Part shown: one piece after another, positions 56,402 through 64,000 of the stretch | How positions within the stretch are numbered: the first letter of the stretch is position 1 | Layout: each line of letters starts with the position of its first letter | NCBI RefSeq assembly: GCF_028368995.1 | Contig: NZ_JAQNDL010000001.1 | Coordinates: 1,728,001-1,792,000 of the forward strand | Source: Nannocystis bainbridge | GTDB taxonomy: Bacteria > Myxococcota_A > Polyangia > Nannocystales > Nannocystaceae | Direction: 5' to 3' | DNA: 64,000 bases | Notes under the pieces: model-generated | What the model was told of the DNA's origin: nothing | Databases searched by the model: none | What the model saw: only the letters and a program-made list of their open reading frames with translations | Made by a program: the position numbers and the translations under genes

Positions 56402-57172
56402 TCAGCTCCTCCTCGGCAGGTCACCCAGCACGTGCTTCAGCCAGGTGACCGCCTTCTTCTCGAGCCGGACCGGCCACCTCGCCGGCTCTGGCGCCAGGCC
56501 GTCGCGGATGGTGTTGGCGATCCACGGATACAGCGGATCGTCGGCGCAGCCGTGGCCGAACGCGAACATCAGCACGCTCATCAGCGCCTCGCCGCGGGCG
56601 CTCGGCGACTTGAGGCCACGCGCCGCCTCGACCCCTTCGGCGATCAGGCTCGTCAGCGCCTGCTCCCCGATGTAAGCCGCCTTCTCCGGGTACACCGCCG
56701 CAAACTGGCGCGCCAGCTCGCCGACGATCTGCGCCGGCGGGTACTCGAGCGGCTGCTCCGCAAATTGCAGGATCCGCCGCAGCGCCGCGAACGTGAAGTC
56801 GTCGTCCGGCCCGGCCACCTGCCGCCGGTACTCCGTCACCCGGTCATGGATGCGCCCGGCTCGCTGCATCTGCGGATCGTCGGTCGCCGTCGTCAGCAGC
56901 TCGTGAAACCACGGGTACTGCGGATCGGTGTCGAAGCGGCTGCCGAACAGCAGCATCAATTCGAGGTACATGCGCACCGGCCCGCGCAGGTCGAAGCCGT
57001 GGCGCTCGGCCGCCTGCATGCCCTGCTGCACGACCACCAGCATCTGCGCCTCGCCCAGCGTCTTGAACAGCGGCGGCGAGAAGGCGGCCAGGTGGGCCAC
57101 CATCTCGATCTCGAAGGCGCGCCGCGGCGGCTCGCGGAAGCGCGCCAGTTGGTCCTTGCCGATCGTCAGCAT
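56402..57172 (-). CDS. VgrG-associated hypothetical protein
   Basis: MLTIGKDQLARF..FEIEMVAHL; internally duplicated LFGSRFDTDPQYPW / AFGHGCADDPLYPW. Confidence 0.85.
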   Translation of the reverse strand: MLTIGKDQLARFREPPRRAFEIEMVAHLAAFSPPLFKTLGEAQMLVVVQQGMQAAERHGFDLRGPVRMYLELMLLFGSRFDTDPQYPWFHELLTTATDDPQMQRAGRIHDRVTEYRRQVAGPDDDFTFAALRRILQFAEQPLEYPPAQIVGELARQFAAVYPEKAAYIGEQALTSLIAEGVEAARGLKSPSARGEALMSVLMFAFGHGCADDPLYPWIANTIRDGLAPEPARWPVRLEKKAVTWLKHVLGDLPRRS

Positions 57173-57194
57173 CGTGTCCGTCCCTGACGCTGGC

Positions 57195-59342
57195 TCACTT
57201 CGACCCGCGCTCCGACTCGATCGCGCTGAGCGGCAGGGCGTCCTTCGCGTCGGCCGCCGTCCGCGGATCGGCCGCGGCCCCGCGCACCGGTGAGCCCGCG
57301 CTGTTGATATAGACCATGCTGCCCTTGATGTAGATCCCGCCGGCGTCGATGGTGATGAACCCGCCCGGGCCCTGGATCGTCAGCGCCTCGCCGGCGTCGA
57401 GCACGATCCTGCTGGCCTTGAAGTGGACCTCGTCGCCGGCCTCGACCGCCAGACGACCGGCGATGCGGGCCTGCTCGTTGCCGCCGACGATGCGCGACAC
57501 CGAGTCGTCGACCTTCTCGAGCAGGCTCTTGCGCACGTGCGCGTGGCTGTCGCCGTCGACCAGCTCGAGCTTGTCGCTGCGCACGTGCAGGTCGACGCGC
57601 CCCGGGGCATCGATGCCGCCGACCAGCAGCTGCACGTCGCCGCCGAGGTGCGCCGTGGTGTGGCGGTGCACCTTGAGGTGATGGTCGTGATAGAGCTGGA
57701 CCAGGCTGTCGCCGGCCTTGCCCTGCTCGTCGCTGCCGACCGTCACGTGCGAGTGGCGGAACACCGTCGAGAACGCGTCGTTGTTGACGCGCACGTCGAT
57801 GTTGCGCTCCGCGTGCAGGAAGATCTGCTCGTCGTTCTTCTTGTCCTCGAAGCGCAGCTCGTTGTAGCCGCCGCCGCCGATCGAGCTGTCCGACTTGATC
57901 GTGCTGCGCGTCTTGTGCTCCGGCAGCGTGTACGGCGTCTCGTTCATGCCGTGGTAGATGCGCCCGGTGATGATCGGCCGGTCCGGGTCGCCCTCGATGA
58001 AGTCGACCAGCACCTCGTGACCGATGCGCGGCAGGAACATCGTGCCCCAGCCGTGCCCCGCCCACGCCTGGCTGACGCGGACCCAGCAGGTGCTGCGCTC
58101 GTCGTGCTCGCCCTCGCGGTCCCAGTGGAATTGCACGCGCACCCGGCCGTGCTCGTCGGTGTGGATCTCCTCGCCGTCGGGCCCGACGACGGTCGCCGTC
58201 TGCACCCCGCGCACCGCCGGCCGCGGCGTGACCCGGGCCGGCCGGAACGGCACCTTCAGCTCGGTCGCCGTGAAGCTGTTATGATAGGACATCTCGCCGC
58301 TGGCGTCGTGCAGCAGCGCCTGCGGCTGCTCGCCCTTGTGCTCGACGCGGAGCAGGCGATATTCGCCGTTGAGCTCCTCGTGCGGGTGCCCGACCAGGGT
58401 CATCACCGCCCCCGCGACCAGCCGCGGGCAGTCGCTGGCGCCGACGGCCTGCCGGCGGGTGGCCTGGTGCGCCTCGAGGCGGATCCGCGCCATCGCCTGG
58501 CCCTGGTGCGGCCCGCCCCGCCCCGGGTACTGATATTCGCCGGGGTAGTCGTATTGCTCGAGCTCGGGGTTCTGCTTGGCCGCCTCCTTGACCTCCATCG
58601 ATTGGTCGGGCCGGTGGAGGTTCAGGTCGCGCAGGGTGACCTTGCCGGTCCGCACGCGGCTGCCGATCTGCAGCTCCTTCACGTGCTCGCGGTCCTGGAT
58701 CAGGTTGTTGGGCCGGTTGAACCACACCGTCGCGGTCCCGGGGATCGGGCCGTGGGCCCCGACGTGGTCGGCCATCACCCACACGTGCCGATTCGCCTCG
58801 TGCTCGAAGAAATAGAAGATGCCGTCCTCTTCGAGCAGCCGGCTGACGAACGCCAGGTCGCTCTCGCGGTACTGCACGCAGTAGTTGCGCGGCGCGTACG
58901 TCCCGGTCAACGAGAAGCGGAACCAATCGCGCGGCAGGCCGGCCTTCGTCAGCACCTCGCCGACGATCTGCTCCGTGGTCTTGTCCTGGAAGATCCGGCA
59001 GTCGTGGCGGTGCTGCAGCCGGTGCGCCCACGGCTCGACGATCAGCGCGTATCGCTGGAGATAGCGGGTCTCGCCGATGTACTCCGCCTCGCACACCACC
59101 CCGTGGATCACCCGCTCGACGTCGAGGCCCTGGATCGTCAGCAGCGCCGGCTGACCGACGAACGTCTCGGGGTCGATGTGCGAGGCGCTGGCGACCTCGA
59201 CCGAGAAGCGGAACAGCTCGGAGATGGACTCCTGCCCGGTGAATCGCACCACCTGCAGCGGCAGGTCCGCCACGTCCAGGGTGAACACGGAAAGGTCTCC
59301 GAGCGACCCGGAGCCGGACGACACGAGATCGGGCTGGTTCAT
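57195..59342 (-). CDS. vgrG: Type VI secretion tip protein VgrG
   Basis: GQESISELFRF, YCVQYRESD, GVQTATVVG, GRVRVQFHWDR, PRIGHEVLVDF, NELRFED. Confidence 0.97.
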   Translation of the reverse strand: MNQPDLVSSGSGSLGDLSVFTLDVADLPLQVVRFTGQESISELFRFSVEVASASHIDPETFVGQPALLTIQGLDVERVIHGVVCEAEYIGETRYLQRYALIVEPWAHRLQHRHDCRIFQDKTTEQIVGEVLTKAGLPRDWFRFSLTGTYAPRNYCVQYRESDLAFVSRLLEEDGIFYFFEHEANRHVWVMADHVGAHGPIPGTATVWFNRPNNLIQDREHVKELQIGSRVRTGKVTLRDLNLHRPDQSMEVKEAAKQNPELEQYDYPGEYQYPGRGGPHQGQAMARIRLEAHQATRRQAVGASDCPRLVAGAVMTLVGHPHEELNGEYRLLRVEHKGEQPQALLHDASGEMSYHNSFTATELKVPFRPARVTPRPAVRGVQTATVVGPDGEEIHTDEHGRVRVQFHWDREGEHDERSTCWVRVSQAWAGHGWGTMFLPRIGHEVLVDFIEGDPDRPIITGRIYHGMNETPYTLPEHKTRSTIKSDSSIGGGGYNELRFEDKKNDEQIFLHAERNIDVRVNNDAFSTVFRHSHVTVGSDEQGKAGDSLVQLYHDHHLKVHRHTTAHLGGDVQLLVGGIDAPGRVDLHVRSDKLELVDGDSHAHVRKSLLEKVDDSVSRIVGGNEQARIAGRLAVEAGDEVHFKASRIVLDAGEALTIQGPGGFITIDAGGIYIKGSMVYINSAGSPVRGAAADPRTAADAKDALPLSAIESERGSK

Positions 59343-59993
59343 GAGATGGAGGCCGTTTGACCGCTTCTGGGCATGATTTGCACGCAGGGGGTGCTGCGTC
59401 AACGCGTCTTTGCGCGCGCCCGCGGCCGCGATGCCCGCGAGCTCGCGGAGGTCAGCGCCGACGCCACGCGGCCACGCACGGGCGCGACGGGCACGGGTGG
59501 GCAATCATGGGTGCTCGCGGGGCCCGCTGCGAAGCTCGCTGCGCGACGACGCCGCGGCAATGTGCGAACCACGGGTCGGCCATGACGACCCCGCGGGCAG
59601 CCTCGCCCCGTCGCGATCGCAGAGGTCCGTGCGCGGCGCAGCGGCCGCGACGCAGCCCGAACCGCCTGGAAGCCGTCCTGGGGCCGCCCCGGGGCCCCCT
59701 GGTGGCGCCACCCAGGAGCGAATCCACAGGGCCCTCGATCTCGGCGTGCCCATGGCTCGCGGCAGTCATGCCACGCCGCGTCACCCGGCAGCGGCGCCCT
59801 CGTGGTGCTCACAATCCCGCTGCAGGCATTGCCCGCTGTGGTCATGCCATTGCCGCGTGCGAGCGACCCCTCGTACCTCGACTGTCCGAGCACGCATTGC
59901 AGTGCGGGAATCATCCCCCCTCTGCTTGCGCAGAGCGGCGAAACTCGCACGATCGGGCTAGGCGCGCGCCTGCGCCGATCGTAAGATTCGCGG

Positions 59994-61535
59994 ATGCGCG
60001 CATCGAGCCCCGCCTCCTGGATCGCCGTCCTCTCGCTCGTGGCCGCCTGCACCGACGACGCCACTACCACCACCGCCACCCCGACGACCACCGGCGGCGC
60101 GATCGGCAGCAGCACTACCACCACCGGCACCAGCGAGGGCCAGGACACGACCACGGGGACCACCGCGGCCACCACCGCCACCAGCGGCGGCGAAGACCCG
60201 ACCACCTCCGGCACCACCGTCGCTGGCACCACCAGCGGCGGCGTCGATGACAGCACCACCGGCTTCGACGACAGCACCAGCACTGGCGAGCCCGAGGAGC
60301 CGCTGCTGCCCGGCTGCGGCGACACCCCGCCCGCCGACTTCGACGCCGTGCCGAGCGCCCCTGCCGACGGTGCCACGATCGCCGGCGCGACCACCGAGCT
60401 CGCCGTCACCCTCAGCGGCCAGATCCTCGCCGACGCCACCGCCAAGTTTCACCTCCGCGAGGTCCACGAGCTCAGCGACGACGACGACTTCACGATCGTC
60501 ATCATGCCGGACACGCAGAACTACACCCAGTTCCCCGGCAACTTCCCTCAGTACCAGGACCAGACCAAATGGGTGTGGGAGCACCGCAACACCGACCGCA
60601 TCGTCGCCGTGCTGCACAACGGCGACGTCGTCCAGCACGGCAACCAGATCGAGCTCGAGTGGCAGCGCGCCCAGACCGCGATGACGACCCTCGAGACCGA
60701 GAAGCCCAACTTCCCCGACGGCATCCCCTACGGCATCGCCGTCGGCAACCATGACAACGGCGCCCACGCCCACGACAACAAGCCCTTCGGCACGGGCCTC
60801 TTCAACAAGTATTTCGGCGTCAAGCGGTTCGAGAAGCGCGGCTACTACGGCGGCCACTACGGCAGCAAGAACGACAACAACTGGATCGTCGTCCAGGCCG
60901 GCAACCTCGAGGTCGTGATGGTCAGCCTCGAATACCGCGGCGACCTCGGCCAGGACCCCGATGTCCTCCAGTGGGCCCGCGGCGTCTTCAAGGACCACCC
61001 GCACGCGCTCGGCATCGTCAACTCCCACCATATCGTCCGCGCCGACGGCGGCTTCTCCGGCGAGGGCAAGCAGATCTACGAGGCGATGAAGACCGTCGAC
61101 AACGTCCAGTTGATGACGAGCGGCCACATCAAGGAGTTCCGCAACCGCCGCACCGACAATCACAAGGGCCACGTCATCCACTCGATGCTGGCCGACTACC
61201 AGGACCTCATCATCGGCGCCGAGGACTGCGCCGGCGGCTGCGGCTACATGCGCCTGTGGCGGTTCTCGCCGAAGAAGAACCAGCTCAAGGTCGAGACCTT
61301 CTCGCCGACGCTCAACAAGTCGATGACCGGACCGAAGGAGCAGTTCACCCTCACGGTCGACCTCTCCGCGGCCACCGGCGTGTTCGAGCTGAAGGGCTCG
61401 ATCAGCGGCCCCGGCCCCGCCCTCGCCTTCGCGGCCGAGGGCCTCAAGCCCGGCACCAGCTACGAGTGGTACGCCGTCGTCAACGAGTGCGGCGCGAAGG
61501 TCAAGACGCCGGTCCAGACCTTCAAGGTGCAGTGA
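59994..61535 (+). CDS. Lipoprotein metallophosphoesterase
   Basis: Lipobox LVAAC, Thr-rich linker, PDTQ, GDVV, GNHD, SHH, SGH. Confidence 0.88.
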   Translation: MRASSPASWIAVLSLVAACTDDATTTTATPTTTGGAIGSSTTTTGTSEGQDTTTGTTAATTATSGGEDPTTSGTTVAGTTSGGVDDSTTGFDDSTSTGEPEEPLLPGCGDTPPADFDAVPSAPADGATIAGATTELAVTLSGQILADATAKFHLREVHELSDDDDFTIVIMPDTQNYTQFPGNFPQYQDQTKWVWEHRNTDRIVAVLHNGDVVQHGNQIELEWQRAQTAMTTLETEKPNFPDGIPYGIAVGNHDNGAHAHDNKPFGTGLFNKYFGVKRFEKRGYYGGHYGSKNDNNWIVVQAGNLEVVMVSLEYRGDLGQDPDVLQWARGVFKDHPHALGIVNSHHIVRADGGFSGEGKQIYEAMKTVDNVQLMTSGHIKEFRNRRTDNHKGHVIHSMLADYQDLIIGAEDCAGGCGYMRLWRFSPKKNQLKVETFSPTLNKSMTGPKEQFTLTVDLSAATGVFELKGSISGPGPALAFAAEGLKPGTSYEWYAVVNECGAKVKTPVQTFKVQ

Positions 61536-61623
61536 CGCATGGCGCGCGCGCGCTGAGCCTGGTCACGCCCCGCCGACCCTCCGCGGGCCCGGCCGGGGCC
61601 ACGGGGCTGCTACCGTGCCGCCC

Positions 61624-62598
61624 ATGCCCATGCAAGCGAAGCTGGTCCGAACGGTGCCGGAGCTCGAAGGCACGTTGCCCCTGAGCAGGACCGCGCGAGG
61701 ACCCCACCTCTCGCTCAAGGACGGCACGCTCACGGCGTGGGACCAGGACCTGCAGCCCCTCCGCCGCTCGCCCACCGGCTTGCCCCCCGAAGCGAAGCTG
61801 CTCGACGCGCGGCCCGATCTGAGCGCGCTCGCGGCCGCGATCGACGGTGGTTTATGCATCGTCGCGGACACCCTGCGCCCGGACCCCGCCGTCATCGCGG
61901 TGGCCGCGGACTCCGCCACATTCATCACACCGAATCGCCTCATTGTCACCGCGCCCGGCGCCCCCGCCGGGGGCCGCTCCTTCTCGGAGTTCCACCGCGT
62001 GCTGCTGATGGACCTGGAGGGGCTCGTGCTCGACGAACGACGCGTCGAGGCCGACGCCGCGTGGGCGCACGCCCTCGTGCACCCGACCGAGCCAGCGGTC
62101 CTCTGCGACTTCATCATGGGCCAGGACGGCAACGTGCTCACGGTGATCCGCGCCGAGGGTGACGCGCTGACGGTCCGTGAGGTGTTCCCCGCCGAGGCGT
62201 TCGTGAACCGGGGATTCAGCCCCGACGGCACCCGGGTGCTGCTGCCGCCTTATCCCAGCGATCCGGGGCGCGCGGTGGTCGCGACGTGGCCGCAGCTCGA
62301 CATCGCCGCGCGCCTCGAGGTGGCAGACGACCTGCCGGAGGTGCAGATGGGCATCGACGTGTGGGGCGGCTTCCTCGACGACCACCACGTGCTGCTCCTG
62401 GCGACCGAGCAGGGCCCCATCGTCGCCGCCTCCGACCTCCGCGAAGCTGCGCTGGTCCCCCTGGTGGGCTTCGACGCGGTGAGCGACAGCGAGGGATTCA
62501 TCGAGCTCGCCGCCCCGCTGGCCCCCGACCGCTTCGCGGCCGTCGTGTGGCACCACGGGACCCGGCAGACGACCGTCTGGCGCCTGGAGCGGGTCTAA
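61624..62598 (+). CDS. Hypothetical beta-propeller-like protein
   Basis: Long ORF with coding-like codon use; GFSPDGTRVL, VWRLE. Confidence 0.7.
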   Translation: MPMQAKLVRTVPELEGTLPLSRTARGPHLSLKDGTLTAWDQDLQPLRRSPTGLPPEAKLLDARPDLSALAAAIDGGLCIVADTLRPDPAVIAVAADSATFITPNRLIVTAPGAPAGGRSFSEFHRVLLMDLEGLVLDERRVEADAAWAHALVHPTEPAVLCDFIMGQDGNVLTVIRAEGDALTVREVFPAEAFVNRGFSPDGTRVLLPPYPSDPGRAVVATWPQLDIAARLEVADDLPEVQMGIDVWGGFLDDHHVLLLATEQGPIVAASDLREAALVPLVGFDAVSDSEGFIELAAPLAPDRFAAVVWHHGTRQTTVWRLERV

Positions 62599-62646
62599 AA
62601 AAGCAGCGCACCGCGGCTCGATCCGCGAAGCGCCGATTGAGGCCGT

Positions 62647-64000
62647 CTACCTCGCTTTGCCCCCGCGGCGCAGCGCCTCGTAGCGGTCCTCGTCGACGAA
62701 CTGCCCCCACAGCTCCTGCTTGCGCTTGCCCGCCAGCGAGAACGCCAGCACCAGCAAACGCTCGCGCTCCGCCGTCGAAGTGCGCGCGATGAGCTCGTCG
62801 AAGTAATGCCCACAGTCCTCGAGGTCCAGCTTCTGCTCGCACGCCACCAGGCTGCGCACCGCCGCCTCGTGCAGCGCCGGCGTGCGCGCCACCAGCGGCA
62901 GCGTGCGCACGAACGGCGGCAGCTTGGCCGGCGCCGCGTCTGCCAGCGCCCGGGCCAGCACCGCCTCGCGCCGCGCTGCTGGCAGCTTCTCGATCGCCGC
63001 CTCCAGCGCCGGCAGCACCTCTTTCTGGAAGAACTGGTCCGCGTGCCCATAACCGCCGAGGATCGGGTCACGCCATTGCTCGCCCCAGCCGTGAAACTGC
63101 AGCGCCTGATCGATCGGCTCGGGCCACGCCTCCGCCCGGGCCAGCGCGTACACCAGCGCCATGCGCAGCTCCATCTCTGCCGGCTTCTCCTTGGCCGGCA
63201 CCGCCTTCCACGCCGCGTACAGCGGCCCTGTCGCCGCCTCCCCCACCAGCGCCGCCCCGTACGGCAGCAGGAGCGCCTCCGGCTGCTTCTTCGCCCGCAC
63301 CGCGGCCACCACCGCTCGCATCACCTCGTCGTCGAACAGCCCGGCGATCAGCGCCGAATCGTTCTCCCCGCGCACGCGCCCCAGCAGCGCTCGCCTGGCG
63401 CGGTCGCGCGGCAGCAGGCGCAGCAGCTCGATGTAATGCCGGGTCCTGCGCAGCCCCAGGCCCTCGGGCGTGCCCCACGTCGCCCGGTCCCGCCCCAGTC
63501 GCCCGTAGCCGTCGAGCATCCACCTGTCCTTCAGAACACCTTCCACGAGCGGCTCGGGCAGCGGCTCGCCCTGACGGCCCGCCGCGAGCAACGCCGGCAG
63601 CGCGCTGCGCTGCGGCAGCGAATCGTCCTCGTCCTCCGCCTCGCCTTGCGCCCACCTCAGCAGCTCCTCGGCCGTGGCGAATCGCAGCAGGTCCTCCGGG
63701 TCCGTCGCATAGTGGCCCATCAGCGCCCGCCGCTGCGCCGGCGAGGCGATGTCCAGGGCCGGCACGATCTGCGCGAACGACCCCGGCCCACGCGATCCCG
63801 CCCGCGGCGACAATACGAACCACAGCAGCGCCTCTTGCCATTCGTCGCGCCCCGTGAACAGCTCCACATATTGCAGCAGCTCGGGCCCGAAGCGCCCGTC
63901 GACGAGCGGCAGCGACACGTCGTCGCGCCATTCTCCCTCGACCGCCCGCGCCACGTAGCGACCCGACAGGCCCCCGCCCACACGCTCCACCCCGAAGCCC
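62647..64000 (-). CDS. Hypothetical helical protein, 5' end outside the window
   Basis: The frame stays open to the window end; high GC3. Confidence 0.7.
   Translation of the reverse strand, partial: GFGVERVGGGLSGRYVARAVEGEWRDDVSLPLVDGRFGPELLQYVELFTGRDEWQEALLWFVLSPRAGSRGPGSFAQIVPALDIASPAQRRALMGHYATDPEDLLRFATAEELLRWAQGEAEDEDDSLPQRSALPALLAAGRQGEPLPEPLVEGVLKDRWMLDGYGRLGRDRATWGTPEGLGLRRTRHYIELLRLLPRDRARRALLGRVRGENDSALIAGLFDDEVMRAVVAAVRAKKQPEALLLPYGAALVGEAATGPLYAAWKAVPAKEKPAEMELRMALVYALARAEAWPEPIDQALQFHGWGEQWRDPILGGYGHADQFFQKEVLPALEAAIEKLPAARREAVLARALADAAPAKLPPFVRTLPLVARTPALHEAAVRSLVACEQKLDLEDCGHYFDELIARTSTAERERLLVLAFSLAGKRKQELWGQFVDEDRYEALRRGGKAR

Overview
A very GC-rich myxobacterial chromosome segment, probably Nannocystis-like. 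The evidence is a MYXO-CTERM tail, Thr-rich lipoproteins, several Ser/Thr kinases and a bphO-bphP pair. About 44 real genes sit among many antisense shadow ORFs; I found no rRNA, tRNA, CRISPR array or transposase. The main blocks are: a matrixin and an S8 protease, UvrA2, an ECF/Ser-Thr kinase pair, a four-gene type I secretion-like operon, an RpoD-like sigma, LigD, a giant kinase-AAA-GAF-HK hybrid, a radical SAM/AsnB/glycosyltransferase operon, a bacteriophytochrome with heme oxygenase, and an orphan T6SS VgrG/PAAR effector island. Best leads: (1) a signal-peptide uORF ending in RGPP, with a nested stem-loop over its stop, upstream of an ABC-HlyD-TolC-ABC operon in which both ABC ATPase domains look catalytically dead; (2) a dispersed 14-bp-phased ACATGT-N8-ACATGT motif array; (3) an uncharacterised radical SAM/double-AsnB/glycosyl biosynthetic operon containing a 36-bp repeat ORF; (4) a Tse6-like PAAR NADase whose Tsi6-like immunity domain is fused to FHA and DUF4123 domains. 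All family calls come from reading motifs by eye, not from database searches.
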